Origin: Halorarum halobium
GTDB taxonomy: Archaea; Halobacteriota; Halobacteria; Halobacteriales; Haloferacaceae
Reading direction: 5' to 3'
Assembly: GCF_032116555.1 (NCBI RefSeq)
Contig: NZ_CP134949.1
Location: 1,674,001 to 1,738,000 of the forward strand
Length of the DNA stretch: 64,000 nucleotides
In this document: piece after piece, positions 31,036 to 40,380 of the stretch
Layout of the letters: every line of letters starts with the position of its first letter
How positions within the stretch are numbered: the first letter of the stretch is position 1
Made by a program: the position numbers and the translations under genes
The notes under the pieces: model-generated
Told to the model about the DNA's origin: nothing
The model's database searches: none
What the model saw: only the letters and a program-made list of their open reading frames with translations

Positions 31036-31197
31036 GTACCCGCTTTCGAAAGCGGGTCACAGGCGGTCGCCGTCGGTGGTCACCGTCCCGCGTCGTCCGC
31101 TCGGCCGCCGTCACCTCGATCTAGCGTCACACCGGTCGACCGCGTCGGGCATCGGCAGTCCCACCCGCCCACCGACGTTCCGACGGTACCGTTCCGG

Positions 31198-31953
31198 TCA
31201 CATGTACATCCGATCGAGCGGCTGATCCTCCTCGGCTGAGTCCTCCAGCCGTTCCGCGAGGCTCTGGTAGTGCTGGTGAACTTCGTCCGCGAACGCCCGG
31301 AGCGGGGCGGTGTCGACGCCGAGCCCGTACACGGCCTCGACGGCCTCCAGCAGCCTGATGGTCGCCTCGACGTCTGGCACCTCCGCGTGGACCGGCGTGA
31401 CGTACACTGCGACGCCCAGCGAGGAGTCCATTCCGCGAGCCATCAGCGCGGCGTTCGTCCCGTCGAGGAACCCGTTCCCCATCGGCGGCACGTCCGGCGC
31501 GTCGGGGCCCGAGAGGTGGTCGTCGACGTAGTCGTCGCTTGCGACGTAGAACGTGCGGTGGTCCTCCGGACCGTGTGCGAACGGGACGCCGGACAGCACC
31601 GCGATCTCGTCGACGCCGTCCCGTTCGGTCCACTCCAGGACGGCCCGCGAGAACGGCTCCGCGGACGGCACCGGAACGAACAGTTCGCCGACGAGGACGG
31701 TCACGTCGAGCCCCGGCCGGGAGTAGAGCCGCGTCGGGTATCGCGGTCGACCGCCCTCGAACGGCGTGATGGTGGGGAGCCCTTCGGCGCGGATGTGTCC
31801 GCTCGATTCGAGTTCCAGGTGGTCGACGAGGTAGTCCACCGCCGTCAGTCCCACGAGCCCGAACCCCGAGAATCCGGCGAGGAGAGTGGTCGACTGGCTC
31901 GGATCGCCCTCGACGTGGAACGTGGGACCGGAGTCGGTGTGTGGGTTCGCCAT
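31198..31953 (-). CDS. PAC2-family (proteasome assembly chaperone-like) protein
   Basis: GFSGFGLVGLTAVDYLVDHL, PTRLY, GFLDG, PDVEA; C-terminal MYM (HbYX-like). Confidence 0.9.
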   Translation of the reverse strand: MANPHTDSGPTFHVEGDPSQSTTLLAGFSGFGLVGLTAVDYLVDHLELESSGHIRAEGLPTITPFEGGRPRYPTRLYSRPGLDVTVLVGELFVPVPSAEPFSRAVLEWTERDGVDEIAVLSGVPFAHGPEDHRTFYVASDDYVDDHLSGPDAPDVPPMGNGFLDGTNAALMARGMDSSLGVAVYVTPVHAEVPDVEATIRLLEAVEAVYGLGVDTAPLRAFADEVHQHYQSLAERLEDSAEEDQPLDRMYM

Positions 31954-32070
31954 CGCCGGAAGTAGGGCCCTCGCGGAGTTAGTGATACCGGCAACCTGCG
32001 ATGGCTCGTCGGTTCCTGGGGCCGACCGCCGAGGGCAACGCTTTTTCACCGGGGAGTCCTCGCCGGGCGT

Positions 32071-33075
32071 ATGCAGACCGGGACCTCGTCGCCGACGCCG
32101 ACACGGACCCCGGTTCCGGGCGACGGTCTCGTCCGGTCGCTGCCCGGTTACTACGCCGACTTTCTCGCGTTCCCCGGTGCCCGCGCCGCCGTCGTCCTCC
32201 TGTTCATCGGGCTGGGCGCGCTCGTCTCGCGGTACGCCATCCGCCTCCTCGGCAGGCCGATCGCCCAGCGGTTCGTCAGACAGAGCGTCGCCCAGACCGT
32301 CCTCCGGGGGGTCCGGGTCGCCATCGTCCTGCTGTTCGGGTTCACTGGGATCGGCGCGGCGGGCATCGAGATCGGCAACATCGTCCTCTCGGTCACGGTG
32401 TTCTCGGCGGTCGTCGGGATCGTGCTCGCGCCGATCGTCGCCTCCATCGTCAACGGCCTGTTCGTGCTGGCGGACCAGCCGTTCGAGATCGGCGACATGG
32501 TGGAGTTCGGCGACGGAACCCGCGGGTTCGTGGACGACATCACCCTCCGGTACACGAAGGTGTTCACGCTGGACAACACGTTCGCCGTCGTCCCCAACTC
32601 CGTCGTCCGCGAGGACAAGGTGAAGAACTTCTCGGCCGAGGACGAGCGGACGCGACTCACCATCGACGTGACCGTCAGCTACGAGTCCGACGTCGGTCAG
32701 GCGCGTCGGCTCATCGAGCGCGCGGCGGCGGACTGTGAGGACGTCATCGAGGGCGGTCCCGACATCCGCATCGGCACGGCCCGCTACCCGGCGAGTCCGA
32801 CCTGTTACATCGACAGGTTCGGCGACCACGGCGTCCACCTCAAGCTCCGGTACTGGGTGCGCCGACCGTACAAACTGCTGGCGCTCCGGTCGCTCGTCCA
32901 GACCGCCGTCTGGGACCAGTTGGCCGACGACGACGTGGACGTGACCATCCCGTACCCGCACCAGCACCACGTCTTCGACGAGACGAGCGGGACGGCCGAC
33001 GTCCACGTCGAGCGCCACCGCCCGCCCCGCGAACGCGACCCGCGGCGGTCGGCGGACGGTTCGGACGGGAACTGA
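32071..33075 (+). CDS. MscS-family mechanosensitive channel
   Basis: DQPFEIGDMV, ITLRYTK, VPNS, IPYPH. Confidence 0.9.
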   Translation: MQTGTSSPTPTRTPVPGDGLVRSLPGYYADFLAFPGARAAVVLLFIGLGALVSRYAIRLLGRPIAQRFVRQSVAQTVLRGVRVAIVLLFGFTGIGAAGIEIGNIVLSVTVFSAVVGIVLAPIVASIVNGLFVLADQPFEIGDMVEFGDGTRGFVDDITLRYTKVFTLDNTFAVVPNSVVREDKVKNFSAEDERTRLTIDVTVSYESDVGQARRLIERAAADCEDVIEGGPDIRIGTARYPASPTCYIDRFGDHGVHLKLRYWVRRPYKLLALRSLVQTAVWDQLADDDVDVTIPYPHQHHVFDETSGTADVHVERHRPPRERDPRRSADGSDGN

Positions 33076-33155
33076 CCGTCGCCGGACGGCTCCGGGACGA
33101 CTGCGTGAGCAGCCTCGTCGTCGGGCGAGGCTCGACCCGCCCGCGTTCGGATCGG

Positions 33156-33356
33156 TTACTCCTCGAGTTCGAACGCCACCTCGACCTCGGACTGGTACTC
33201 ACGGCCCTCCACGGACGCCACCTCCACGCCGAGCTCCTCGACCGTGATCCAGTGGACGTTGTCGAGCGTCTCCTCGGCCCTCTCGATCGCGTCGTCGGTC
33301 GCGTCGTCGAAACTCTCGGTACTCCGGCCGATCAGGGTGATCTTCTTGAACACCAT
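33156..33356 (-). CDS. Dodecin (flavin-binding protein)
   Basis: [19 protein letters not shown]...AI.RA..TL..V.W...YQ.EV.VAFEL. Confidence 0.95.
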   Translation of the reverse strand: MVFKKITLIGRSTESFDDATDDAIERAEETLDNVHWITVEELGVEVASVEGREYQSEVEVAFELEE

Positions 33357-33452
33357 CCCACACCCTCGTTCGTCCGCGGCGGGCAAAAAGCGGGCGGCGG
33401 TTCGCCCCGGCGCCAGACGATCAGTCGACGGTGTTGGCTCGGGGCCGGCGTG

Positions 33453-34124
33453 TCAGGTCCCGGAGCGCCGACGGTCGAGCCGTTCGGTGAGCGCCCCCGT
33501 GACGTCGGTGAGGTGGGCGGTTCCCCAGACCGCCACGACGACGCCGCCGAGGGTGTCGAACACGAGATCGAGCAACGTGTCCTCCAGCCCGTACTGCGTG
33601 AGGATCGAGGTCGTCCCCATCGCCGCGGCCGACTCGCCGATGGCGAACTCGATGACCTCCCAGAACACGCCGAAGGCCAGCACGAACAGCAGGATGAACA
33701 CGAACATGAACCGGGGAGGCAGGTAGACGGCGTCGCTGTGCTCGTCGATCGCCCTCGTGACGGTGTAGCCCGTGGCCGCGACGACCGACGAGGAGAGCGC
33801 GTGCGTGAGGTGGTCCCACCACCAGACGTTCCGGTAGAGGTTCCCCTCCGCGCCCACGCCGGGAACGCCGACGGTGCCGATCGCGTGGAGGAACACGGCC
33901 GAGGTGATCCACAGCGTCAGGCCCGCGTCCATCGGCAGGTCGTACTCGCGCTCCATCACCGCCGGGAGGTAGGAGACGGCGAGGGCGACGCTCGCGTTCA
34001 CCATGATGCCGGTGTTGCCCCGCTCCAACCCGACGAACAGCAGCCCGACGAGGACGAACTGCATCAGCCGCGAGGCGAGCCGCTGGTTCCGCTCGGAGAT
34101 GCGGAGCCGGTCACGAACGTTCAC
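33453..34124 (-). CDS. Uncharacterised membrane protein with conserved H/D/E motifs (DUF2238-like, putative intramembrane metallo-hydrolase)
   Basis: GTG start overlapping the upstream stop; FLHAIG, WWWDHLTH, FWEVIEF, DTLLDLVFD within TM helices. Confidence 0.8.
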   Translation of the reverse strand: MNVRDRLRISERNQRLASRLMQFVLVGLLFVGLERGNTGIMVNASVALAVSYLPAVMEREYDLPMDAGLTLWITSAVFLHAIGTVGVPGVGAEGNLYRNVWWWDHLTHALSSSVVAATGYTVTRAIDEHSDAVYLPPRFMFVFILLFVLAFGVFWEVIEFAIGESAAAMGTTSILTQYGLEDTLLDLVFDTLGGVVVAVWGTAHLTDVTGALTERLDRRRSGT

Positions 34125-34759
34125 GAGTCGGGCACCTCCACGGGAACGCGGATCTCCGCCCGGGAACGCCGTCTGAAGTAGAACTCGAACAGCAGCCCCG
34201 CGATCACCCCCGCGAGCGTCGCCGCGACGAAATCGAGCATGAGCGCGTGCTCCACCACGGCCTCCGGCCGACCGCCGAGCAGGAACTCGCTCCCGAGGAA
34301 GAGGTCGGACACGTACCGGAGCACCGCCCAGATTCCCGCGGCGGCCATCGTCGTGATGGTGACGAAAAAGACCGCGAACGTGTGGCTCATCCGGACCGGG
34401 GTGAACACGTCCATCTCGACGGCCACGATGAGCGCGACCGACGCGACGGCGAGGTAGGTGATCACGCGGCCGGTGAACGTGATTCCGGCGACAGTCTGGC
34501 CGGCCACGAACACCCGACCGACGGCCGGGAGGCCGGCGAACAGCACCACTTCCCAGGGGAGCATCGCGGTCGCGTCGCGGAACGCGGTCGGCGGGACGAG
34601 TGCGACGACGACGACGAGCAGGACGAACACCCCCCAGACCGCCTGCCCGGCGAACAGTTCGCCCAGCGCGACGGCCGAGATGAGGAGCAGGACGGACCAG
34701 CCGATCGCCGCGTTGAGTCGGCGGTCCTCGACGACGTTCCGGAGCCCGCTCGCTTCCAT
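34121..34759 (-). CDS. Uncharacterised multi-pass membrane protein, translationally coupled to 33453-34124
   Basis: 212 aa hydrophobic; LPWEVV, GIWAVLRY, LMLDFVAAT, LFEFYFRRR. Confidence 0.8.
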   Translation of the reverse strand: MEASGLRNVVEDRRLNAAIGWSVLLLISAVALGELFAGQAVWGVFVLLVVVVALVPPTAFRDATAMLPWEVVLFAGLPAVGRVFVAGQTVAGITFTGRVITYLAVASVALIVAVEMDVFTPVRMSHTFAVFFVTITTMAAAGIWAVLRYVSDLFLGSEFLLGGRPEAVVEHALMLDFVAATLAGVIAGLLFEFYFRRRSRAEIRVPVEVPDS

Positions 34760-34864
34760 GGCCGGTACGTTGACACGGTGGTGTCAAAACGCTTCTGTCG
34801 GTCGACCGTCGCCGTCTTTCGATTCCTCACGACCGGACCGAACGACCGTGACCGGCCGATCCGA

Positions 34865-35818
34865 TCAGCCGATCGTGACGAGATACACCACGGCGTACGC
34901 CAGCGCGGCCACCGTGATCGCCGTGAGCCCCGTGTAGACGGCTCGCTCGGGCCCAGGTCGCGAAAACTCGCGCGCCCGGAACCGGACCCGCGGGGCGATC
35001 CCCACCAATCCGACCGCGAGGACGCTGAAGACGAACGGATACGAGAGGTCGAGCGTCGGCGCGGGGATGAGGAACGCGAGCCCCGCGTACGCCGCGCCGG
35101 TCGCCGCCTTCGGGTCGATCCGGGGCACGCGCGGCCCCTCCCGCAACCGGATCCACACGAGCAGCGCAGCCCAGACCGTCGCCAGTTCGATGCCGAACGC
35201 GGCCAGCAGGTGCAGCGTCGGATCGGGGTGGAGCGTCACCGTCTCCAGCGGAAGGTCGGAGATCGGGTAGAACAGCGCCGGCGGCTCCCCCGTGAAGAAG
35301 TCACCGAACGGGTGGCTGACGAGTCCGACGAGCGCGAGCACGAACGTCGCTCCGGGGCCGAGGGTCGTCCGCGAGGCGACGACCGTCGCCAGCACGAGAC
35401 ACGCGGCTGCGAACGCGAACGTGACCGTGGCCGCGAGAGCACCCGTGAGAATCGTCGCGGCCGCGACCAGCACGGCGGCCAGGGCGACCGCGAGCAGCCG
35501 CGCGAGCGGCCGCCCGTCGACCCACGCGGCCGCGGCGAGGGCCGCGATGGGGGCGACGACCAGCGAGTGGGTGACCGCCCTGTGGACGACGTTTCCGGTC
35601 TCCCAGAACGTCGACGCGAGAGCCAGCGGGCCCGCGTCGAGTGCACCCGACCCGAGCGCCCCGCCGAGCCCGACGAGCGCGTAGCCGATGTCGACGTCGG
35701 GGACGGCGGCGAACGCGGCGGCCACCGCCCCGTAGGCGAGCGCCCGCCGCGGGTCCGTTACCCGGCCGGCCAGGCCGGCGACGAGGGCGAACGCGAACAG
35801 GGCGTGGCCGACGAACAT
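34865..35818 (-). CDS. Membrane metal-dependent hydrolase (YdjM/DUF457-like)
   Basis: MFVGHAL, PDVD, HRAVTHSL, SHPFGD. Confidence 0.88.
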   Translation of the reverse strand: MFVGHALFAFALVAGLAGRVTDPRRALAYGAVAAAFAAVPDVDIGYALVGLGGALGSGALDAGPLALASTFWETGNVVHRAVTHSLVVAPIAALAAAAWVDGRPLARLLAVALAAVLVAAATILTGALAATVTFAFAAACLVLATVVASRTTLGPGATFVLALVGLVSHPFGDFFTGEPPALFYPISDLPLETVTLHPDPTLHLLAAFGIELATVWAALLVWIRLREGPRVPRIDPKAATGAAYAGLAFLIPAPTLDLSYPFVFSVLAVGLVGIAPRVRFRAREFSRPGPERAVYTGLTAITVAALAYAVVYLVTIG

Positions 35819-35920
35819 GCGCCGGCGTTCGTGGCGCGGGAAGATAAGCCTCGTGCCCGCCGCGTCGCGTGGTTACACGGGACACCGTCCCACGGTCCCG
35901 GTCACCGTGTCGCCGTCCGG

Positions 35921-36475
35921 TCACGTCGTCCCGGCTCGGTCGTCCAGTTTCGTCCACTTCTTCTCGATCTCGGCGTTCCCGCGAACGACCGTGTCGTCCG
36001 CGACGGCGAGGCGCGTCTTGCGGAGTTCGATCGACCGGACCTCCCCGACGGTCCCGCCGATGTCGACGCGGTCACCCGGGTTGAAGTCCGGGTCCCGCAG
36101 GAGGTAGATGCCCGCCACGGCGTCGGCGATCATGTTCGAGGTGGCGTACGAGACGCCCAGCGCGAAGAAGCCGGCGGCGGTTCCGAGCGACTGTGCGATG
36201 CCCTCCAGGCCGACGACCGAGAGGAACGAGAGGCCGACCCCGAACCAGAGGAACACGGCGACGACGGTCGCGAGGAACTGTCGATACACCGGCGAATCGC
36301 CCGGAACCGACCGGCGGAGCAGCGCACGAACCGCGCTCATGACGAGTTTGACGGCGACGAATGCGACGGCGAGAAACAGCAGGCCCGCGAGAATCCGGGG
36401 GAGGGCGTTCTCGATCGACCGGAGCAACTCGACCAGCGCGACACGGACGACGCCCGAGACCGATTGCAGGAGCAT
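35921..36475 (-). CDS. Minimal MscS-family protein
   Basis: ALGVSYA...IADAVAGIYLLRDPDFNPGDRV, IELRKT; lacks the C-terminal cage domain. Confidence 0.85.
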   Translation of the reverse strand: MLLQSVSGVVRVALVELLRSIENALPRILAGLLFLAVAFVAVKLVMSAVRALLRRSVPGDSPVYRQFLATVVAVFLWFGVGLSFLSVVGLEGIAQSLGTAAGFFALGVSYATSNMIADAVAGIYLLRDPDFNPGDRVDIGGTVGEVRSIELRKTRLAVADDTVVRGNAEIEKKWTKLDDRAGTT

Positions 36476-36541
36476 GTCGGGGCGTGCTCACGGTCGACAC
36501 TTAAACACCGACGAGCGTGAGCCGACGGGACCGTCCGCCGC

Positions 36542-36784
36542 TCACTCGTGGGCCGCGTCCCACTCCTCGGGTTTCCGGATGTTGCCACACTCGTTGCACT
36601 CGATGCGCCCCATCGCGTCCATCGCGTTGTTGACCGTCTCGCAGTTCCCGCAGAAGTAGCCCCAGCGCGTCTCGCCGTCCGGGTCGGCGTAGACGTGGAA
36701 GAACGGTGCCTCCGCGCCGCGCTCGCCGGCCGCGCGGTCGACGTACAGTTCGCCGGCCGGCGTCTCGACGACCTCCAGATTCAT
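36542..36784 (-). CDS. Small zinc-finger protein (DUF5816-like)
   Basis: WGYFCGNC...MDAMGRIECNECGN.RKP..WD. Confidence 0.85.
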   Translation of the reverse strand: MNLEVVETPAGELYVDRAAGERGAEAPFFHVYADPDGETRWGYFCGNCETVNNAMDAMGRIECNECGNIRKPEEWDAAHE

Positions 36785-36897
36785 GCCAGTCGGTTCCGCG
36801 CCGTCGCGGAAAACCGTTCCGGGCCGGCACGGATGCTCCCGGGCCGTTTCGGACGCCGCCGGACCGGCTCCCGCGGCTCGGACGCTGCTGGACCTGC

Positions 36898-37827
36898 TCA
36901 GACGCTGCCGGCGGCGCGCCGCACGCCGGAGACGAACCGGCGGAGTTCGGCGTGTTTCACCAGGGCGAACCCGGCGAGGATGCAGGCGAAGCCGACGAAC
37001 GTCCGCGGTCCGACGACCTCCCCCAGGACGGCCCAGGAGACGGCGGCGGCGACGAGCGGTTCGACGTAGCCGACGAGGTTCAGTTCGGTCGGCCCGACGG
37101 CCGCGAGCAGGTGGAAGTAGACGAGGAACGCCACCGCCCCCGCGAGGACGGTGAGATAGAGGAACGCGGCGATCGATCTCGGCGTCCAGACGACGGCCTC
37201 GAGCGACTCCCCACGGACGCCCGCCCAGACGTGAAGCAGTCCAGCGCCGCCGAGCATCGCCCAGCCCTGGGTGGTCCGGAGCGGGAGCGTCCCGGATTCG
37301 GGCGCGAGCACGGTGCCGAGCGCGAACGCCACCGCGCCGGCGAGCACGAGCAGCACGCCCGTCGCGCTCGTCCCGACGAACCCGGCGGGTCCGATTCCCG
37401 CGACGACGGCGACGCCGAGGAACCCCAGGAGGACGCCCCCCGTGCGCGCCCCGTCGAGGCCCTCCCCGCCGCGGAGCGCGGCCGCGAACCCGGCGGTCAG
37501 CACGGGCGTCAGCCCGATGAGGACGGCCGCGACCGCCCCGCTGACGTGCTCGATGCCGAGAAAGAGGAACCCGTGGTAGGCCGCGAAGACGAAGACGGCC
37601 GTCACCGCGACGGGGAGCCACTCCCTGCCGCGCGGTCGCCAGCGATCGACCGTCGCCGCCGAGTACGCCAGGACGAGCAGTCCAGCGACGTCGTAGCGGA
37701 GCGCCGCGAACGACAGCGGCGGGAAGTAGTCCAGTCCGACCTCGATCCAGACGAACGAGCCGCCCCAGAGGGCCGCGAGGACGGCGAACAGCGCCGCCGG
37801 ATGGACGGCGCGAGGGTCGAAGTTCAT
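36898..37827 (-). CDS. DMT/EamA-family transporter
   Basis: LWGGSF, PPLSFAALRY, about 10 TM helices, YVEPLVA. Confidence 0.93.
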   Translation of the reverse strand: MNFDPRAVHPAALFAVLAALWGGSFVWIEVGLDYFPPLSFAALRYDVAGLLVLAYSAATVDRWRPRGREWLPVAVTAVFVFAAYHGFLFLGIEHVSGAVAAVLIGLTPVLTAGFAAALRGGEGLDGARTGGVLLGFLGVAVVAGIGPAGFVGTSATGVLLVLAGAVAFALGTVLAPESGTLPLRTTQGWAMLGGAGLLHVWAGVRGESLEAVVWTPRSIAAFLYLTVLAGAVAFLVYFHLLAAVGPTELNLVGYVEPLVAAAVSWAVLGEVVGPRTFVGFACILAGFALVKHAELRRFVSGVRRAAGSV

Positions 37828-38013
37828 ACGAAAATCGAACGAGCTAGCTGTAGTTAAACTTGTCTACAATAGATTAGGGTATTGCTGTAGAGCATGCTCT
37901 CATATCGGATTTCTTCACGATTATTCTCTCAGTATGTCGTCCGCCTCGGCGCCCGTCACGGTGCCCGGAGCCGGAGGCTATTTGCCGTCGGCCCCGAGTC
38001 ACTGCCCACGCGA

Positions 38014-38499
38014 ATGGACGAGCGCGACGTCACCATCCTGAAGGCCATCGCGGACCTGGAGACTGGAAGCCCCGAGCGGCTGCACGAGGAAACCGGGATT
38101 CCGGTCTCAACGATCCACTACCGGCTGAACAAGCTCAGGGAGTCGGGCGTCATCGAGAACGACCTGTACGACGTGGACCTCGAGGCCGCCGGCCTCGGCG
38201 TGACCGTCGTGCTCGAGGTGCTGACCGACTACTCGGGCACCCACCACGAGGTCGGCGAGAAGCTGGCCGACATCGAGGGGGTGACGCAGGTGTACTTCAC
38301 GATGGGCGAGACGGACTTCATGGTCATCGCCCACCTCTCGGGCAGGGAGATGGTCGAGCGGCTCATCACCGACTTCGAGCGGCTCGACGAGGTCGACCGG
38401 ACGAACTCCACGTTCGTCGTCTCGACGGTCGCGGACACGAACTCGGCCCTGCAGAGCTACGGCCTGGAGACGCTCGTGGCGGAACTCGCCGACGAGTGA
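38014..38499 (+). CDS. Lrp/AsnC-family regulator, divergent from the EamA gene
   Basis: MDERDVTIL, GIPVSTIHYRL..L, YFTMGETDF. Confidence 0.92.
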   Translation: MDERDVTILKAIADLETGSPERLHEETGIPVSTIHYRLNKLRESGVIENDLYDVDLEAAGLGVTVVLEVLTDYSGTHHEVGEKLADIEGVTQVYFTMGETDFMVIAHLSGREMVERLITDFERLDEVDRTNSTFVVSTVADTNSALQSYGLETLVAELADE

Positions 38500-38536
38500 G
38501 CACCGGTCAAAAGTTCGAACCGAGGCGGCAGTCGGG

Positions 38537-38905
38537 CTACGTCCGGAACGACTCGCCGCAGCCGCACTCGCTCTCGATGTTCGGGTTCTCGACGTGGAAG
38601 CCGGCCGCTTGCAACCCGCTCTCGTAGTCCAGTTTCGAGCCGCCGACGTAGTTCAGCGACGAGGGGTCGATGAACACGCGAAGCCCGTGCTGTTCGGTCA
38701 CGCGGTCGTCCTCCTCCGGCTCGGTGTCGAACCGCATCCCGTACGAGAGGCCGGCACAGCCGCCCTGCTGGACGAACAGGCGGAGCCCGCCCACGTCGGT
38801 GTCCATCCCCTCGCTCTCGAGCAGCGAGACGGCCTCGGCCGCCGCGTCGGGCGTCACCGTCACCGGCGCGGCCGCGGCATCCCCCTCGGACGCGTCAGTA
38901 CTCAT
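38537..38905 (-). CDS. A-type Fe-S carrier (HesB/IscA/SufA family)
   Basis: GGCAGLSY, NPN, CGCGESF. Confidence 0.95.
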   Translation of the reverse strand: MSTDASEGDAAAAPVTVTPDAAAEAVSLLESEGMDTDVGGLRLFVQQGGCAGLSYGMRFDTEPEEDDRVTEQHGLRVFIDPSSLNYVGGSKLDYESGLQAAGFHVENPNIESECGCGESFRT

Positions 38906-39024
38906 ACGTCGTCCTCGTTCACGGACGGGGTTAACTGTGACGCCGCACCCGCGGGCCCCGACGGGCGGTCGATCCGCTCGTCCCCGCGCTGGGTTCGCAC
39001 GACCCTGCGTTCGGGTCGCTCGGC

Positions 39025-40311
39025 CTACCGGTCGATCCGCTCGTCCACGCTCGCGGCGTGACCCTCCAGTCCCTCCGCGGTCGCCAGCGTCGTCACCGCG
39101 TCCGCGATCTCCGCGAGGCCGTCCTCCGATAGCCGCTGGACCGTGGACGACCGGAGGAACGTGTCGACCGAGAGGCCGCCGTGTGCCCTCGCTCCCCCGT
39201 TGGTGGGCAGCACGTGGTTCGTTCCGGACGCGTAATCGCCCGCGGCGACCGGCGTGAACGGGCCGAGAAACGCCGACCCGACGTTCGTGACCCGGTCCAG
39301 CAGCGCCTCGTCGTCGTCGGCCTGGATCGAGAGGTGCTCGGGCGCGTACTCCTCCGTGAACAGCACGGCCTCCGACATCGACCGCGCGACCAGAACGCCC
39401 GAGGCGTCGTTGCCGAGCGCGGTTGCGATGGTGTCGGACCGCTCGCGCGAGCCGAACTGTTCGTCGATCGACTCCGCGACAGCCTCCCCAACGGACTCGT
39501 CGTCAGTCACCGCGACGACGCTCGCGTCCGAGTCGTGTTCGGCCTGTGCGAGCAGGTCCGCGGCGACGAACTCGGGGTCGGCGGTCTCGTCGGCCAGCAC
39601 CAGCACCTCGGAGGGACCGGCGACGAAGTCGATCTCGACGTCGCCCCGGACCTCGGCTTTCGCCGCGCTGACCCACTTGTTCCCCGGGCCGACGACCTTC
39701 CGGACGGGGTTGACCGTCTCGGTGCCGTACGCGAGCGCGGCGATCCCCTGTGCCCCGCCGACCGAGTACACCGCGTCCGCGCCGGCCTCGTGGACCGCCG
39801 CGAGCGTGACCGGGTTCAACTCCTCGGCCGGCGGCGTGGCGACGGCGACGTGATCGACGCCCGCGACCTTCGCGGGGACGATTCCCATGATGGCAGAGGA
39901 GGGGTACGCCGCGGCTCCGCCGGGGACGTAGACGCCGACCCTGTCGAGCGGTCGGAACCGACGGCCCAGCTCCCGACCGTCCGCGAACTCGCGGGTCCAG
40001 TCCTCGGGCACCTGCGCCTCGTGGAACTCGCGGACGTTCGAGAGCGCGGTCTCGATCGCTGCCATCGTCCCGTCGTCGACCGATTCCGCGGCACGCTCGG
40101 CCTCGTCGGTCACGTCGATGTTGGCGACTTCGACGCCGTCGAACTCGCGGGAGAACTCCCGGAGCGCGACGTCGCCCTCCCGGCGAACGCGGTCGACGAT
40201 GTCGGCCACGTCGCCGCGAACGCCGGCGACGCCGGCGTCGCGCTCGAAGAACGCCCGGCGCTCCTCGGGCGAGAGATCCGCGACGGGGCGCGGTTCGACT
40301 GCTGGTGTCAT
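39025..40311 (-). CDS. hisD: Histidinol dehydrogenase
   Basis: YVPGG.A.YPSS, GGAQGIAALAYGT, GPGN, AGPSE, QAEH, PEHL, GDYASGTNHVLPT. Confidence 0.97.
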   Translation of the reverse strand: MTPAVEPRPVADLSPEERRAFFERDAGVAGVRGDVADIVDRVRREGDVALREFSREFDGVEVANIDVTDEAERAAESVDDGTMAAIETALSNVREFHEAQVPEDWTREFADGRELGRRFRPLDRVGVYVPGGAAAYPSSAIMGIVPAKVAGVDHVAVATPPAEELNPVTLAAVHEAGADAVYSVGGAQGIAALAYGTETVNPVRKVVGPGNKWVSAAKAEVRGDVEIDFVAGPSEVLVLADETADPEFVAADLLAQAEHDSDASVVAVTDDESVGEAVAESIDEQFGSRERSDTIATALGNDASGVLVARSMSEAVLFTEEYAPEHLSIQADDDEALLDRVTNVGSAFLGPFTPVAAGDYASGTNHVLPTNGGARAHGGLSVDTFLRSSTVQRLSEDGLAEIADAVTTLATAEGLEGHAASVDERIDR

Positions 40312-40380
40312 GTCGTCGGCTCCGGCCCGGCCGGGAAAAGTCGTTCCGGTCGCGGGGACGGCTCGCGTGTGTTGGGCACG

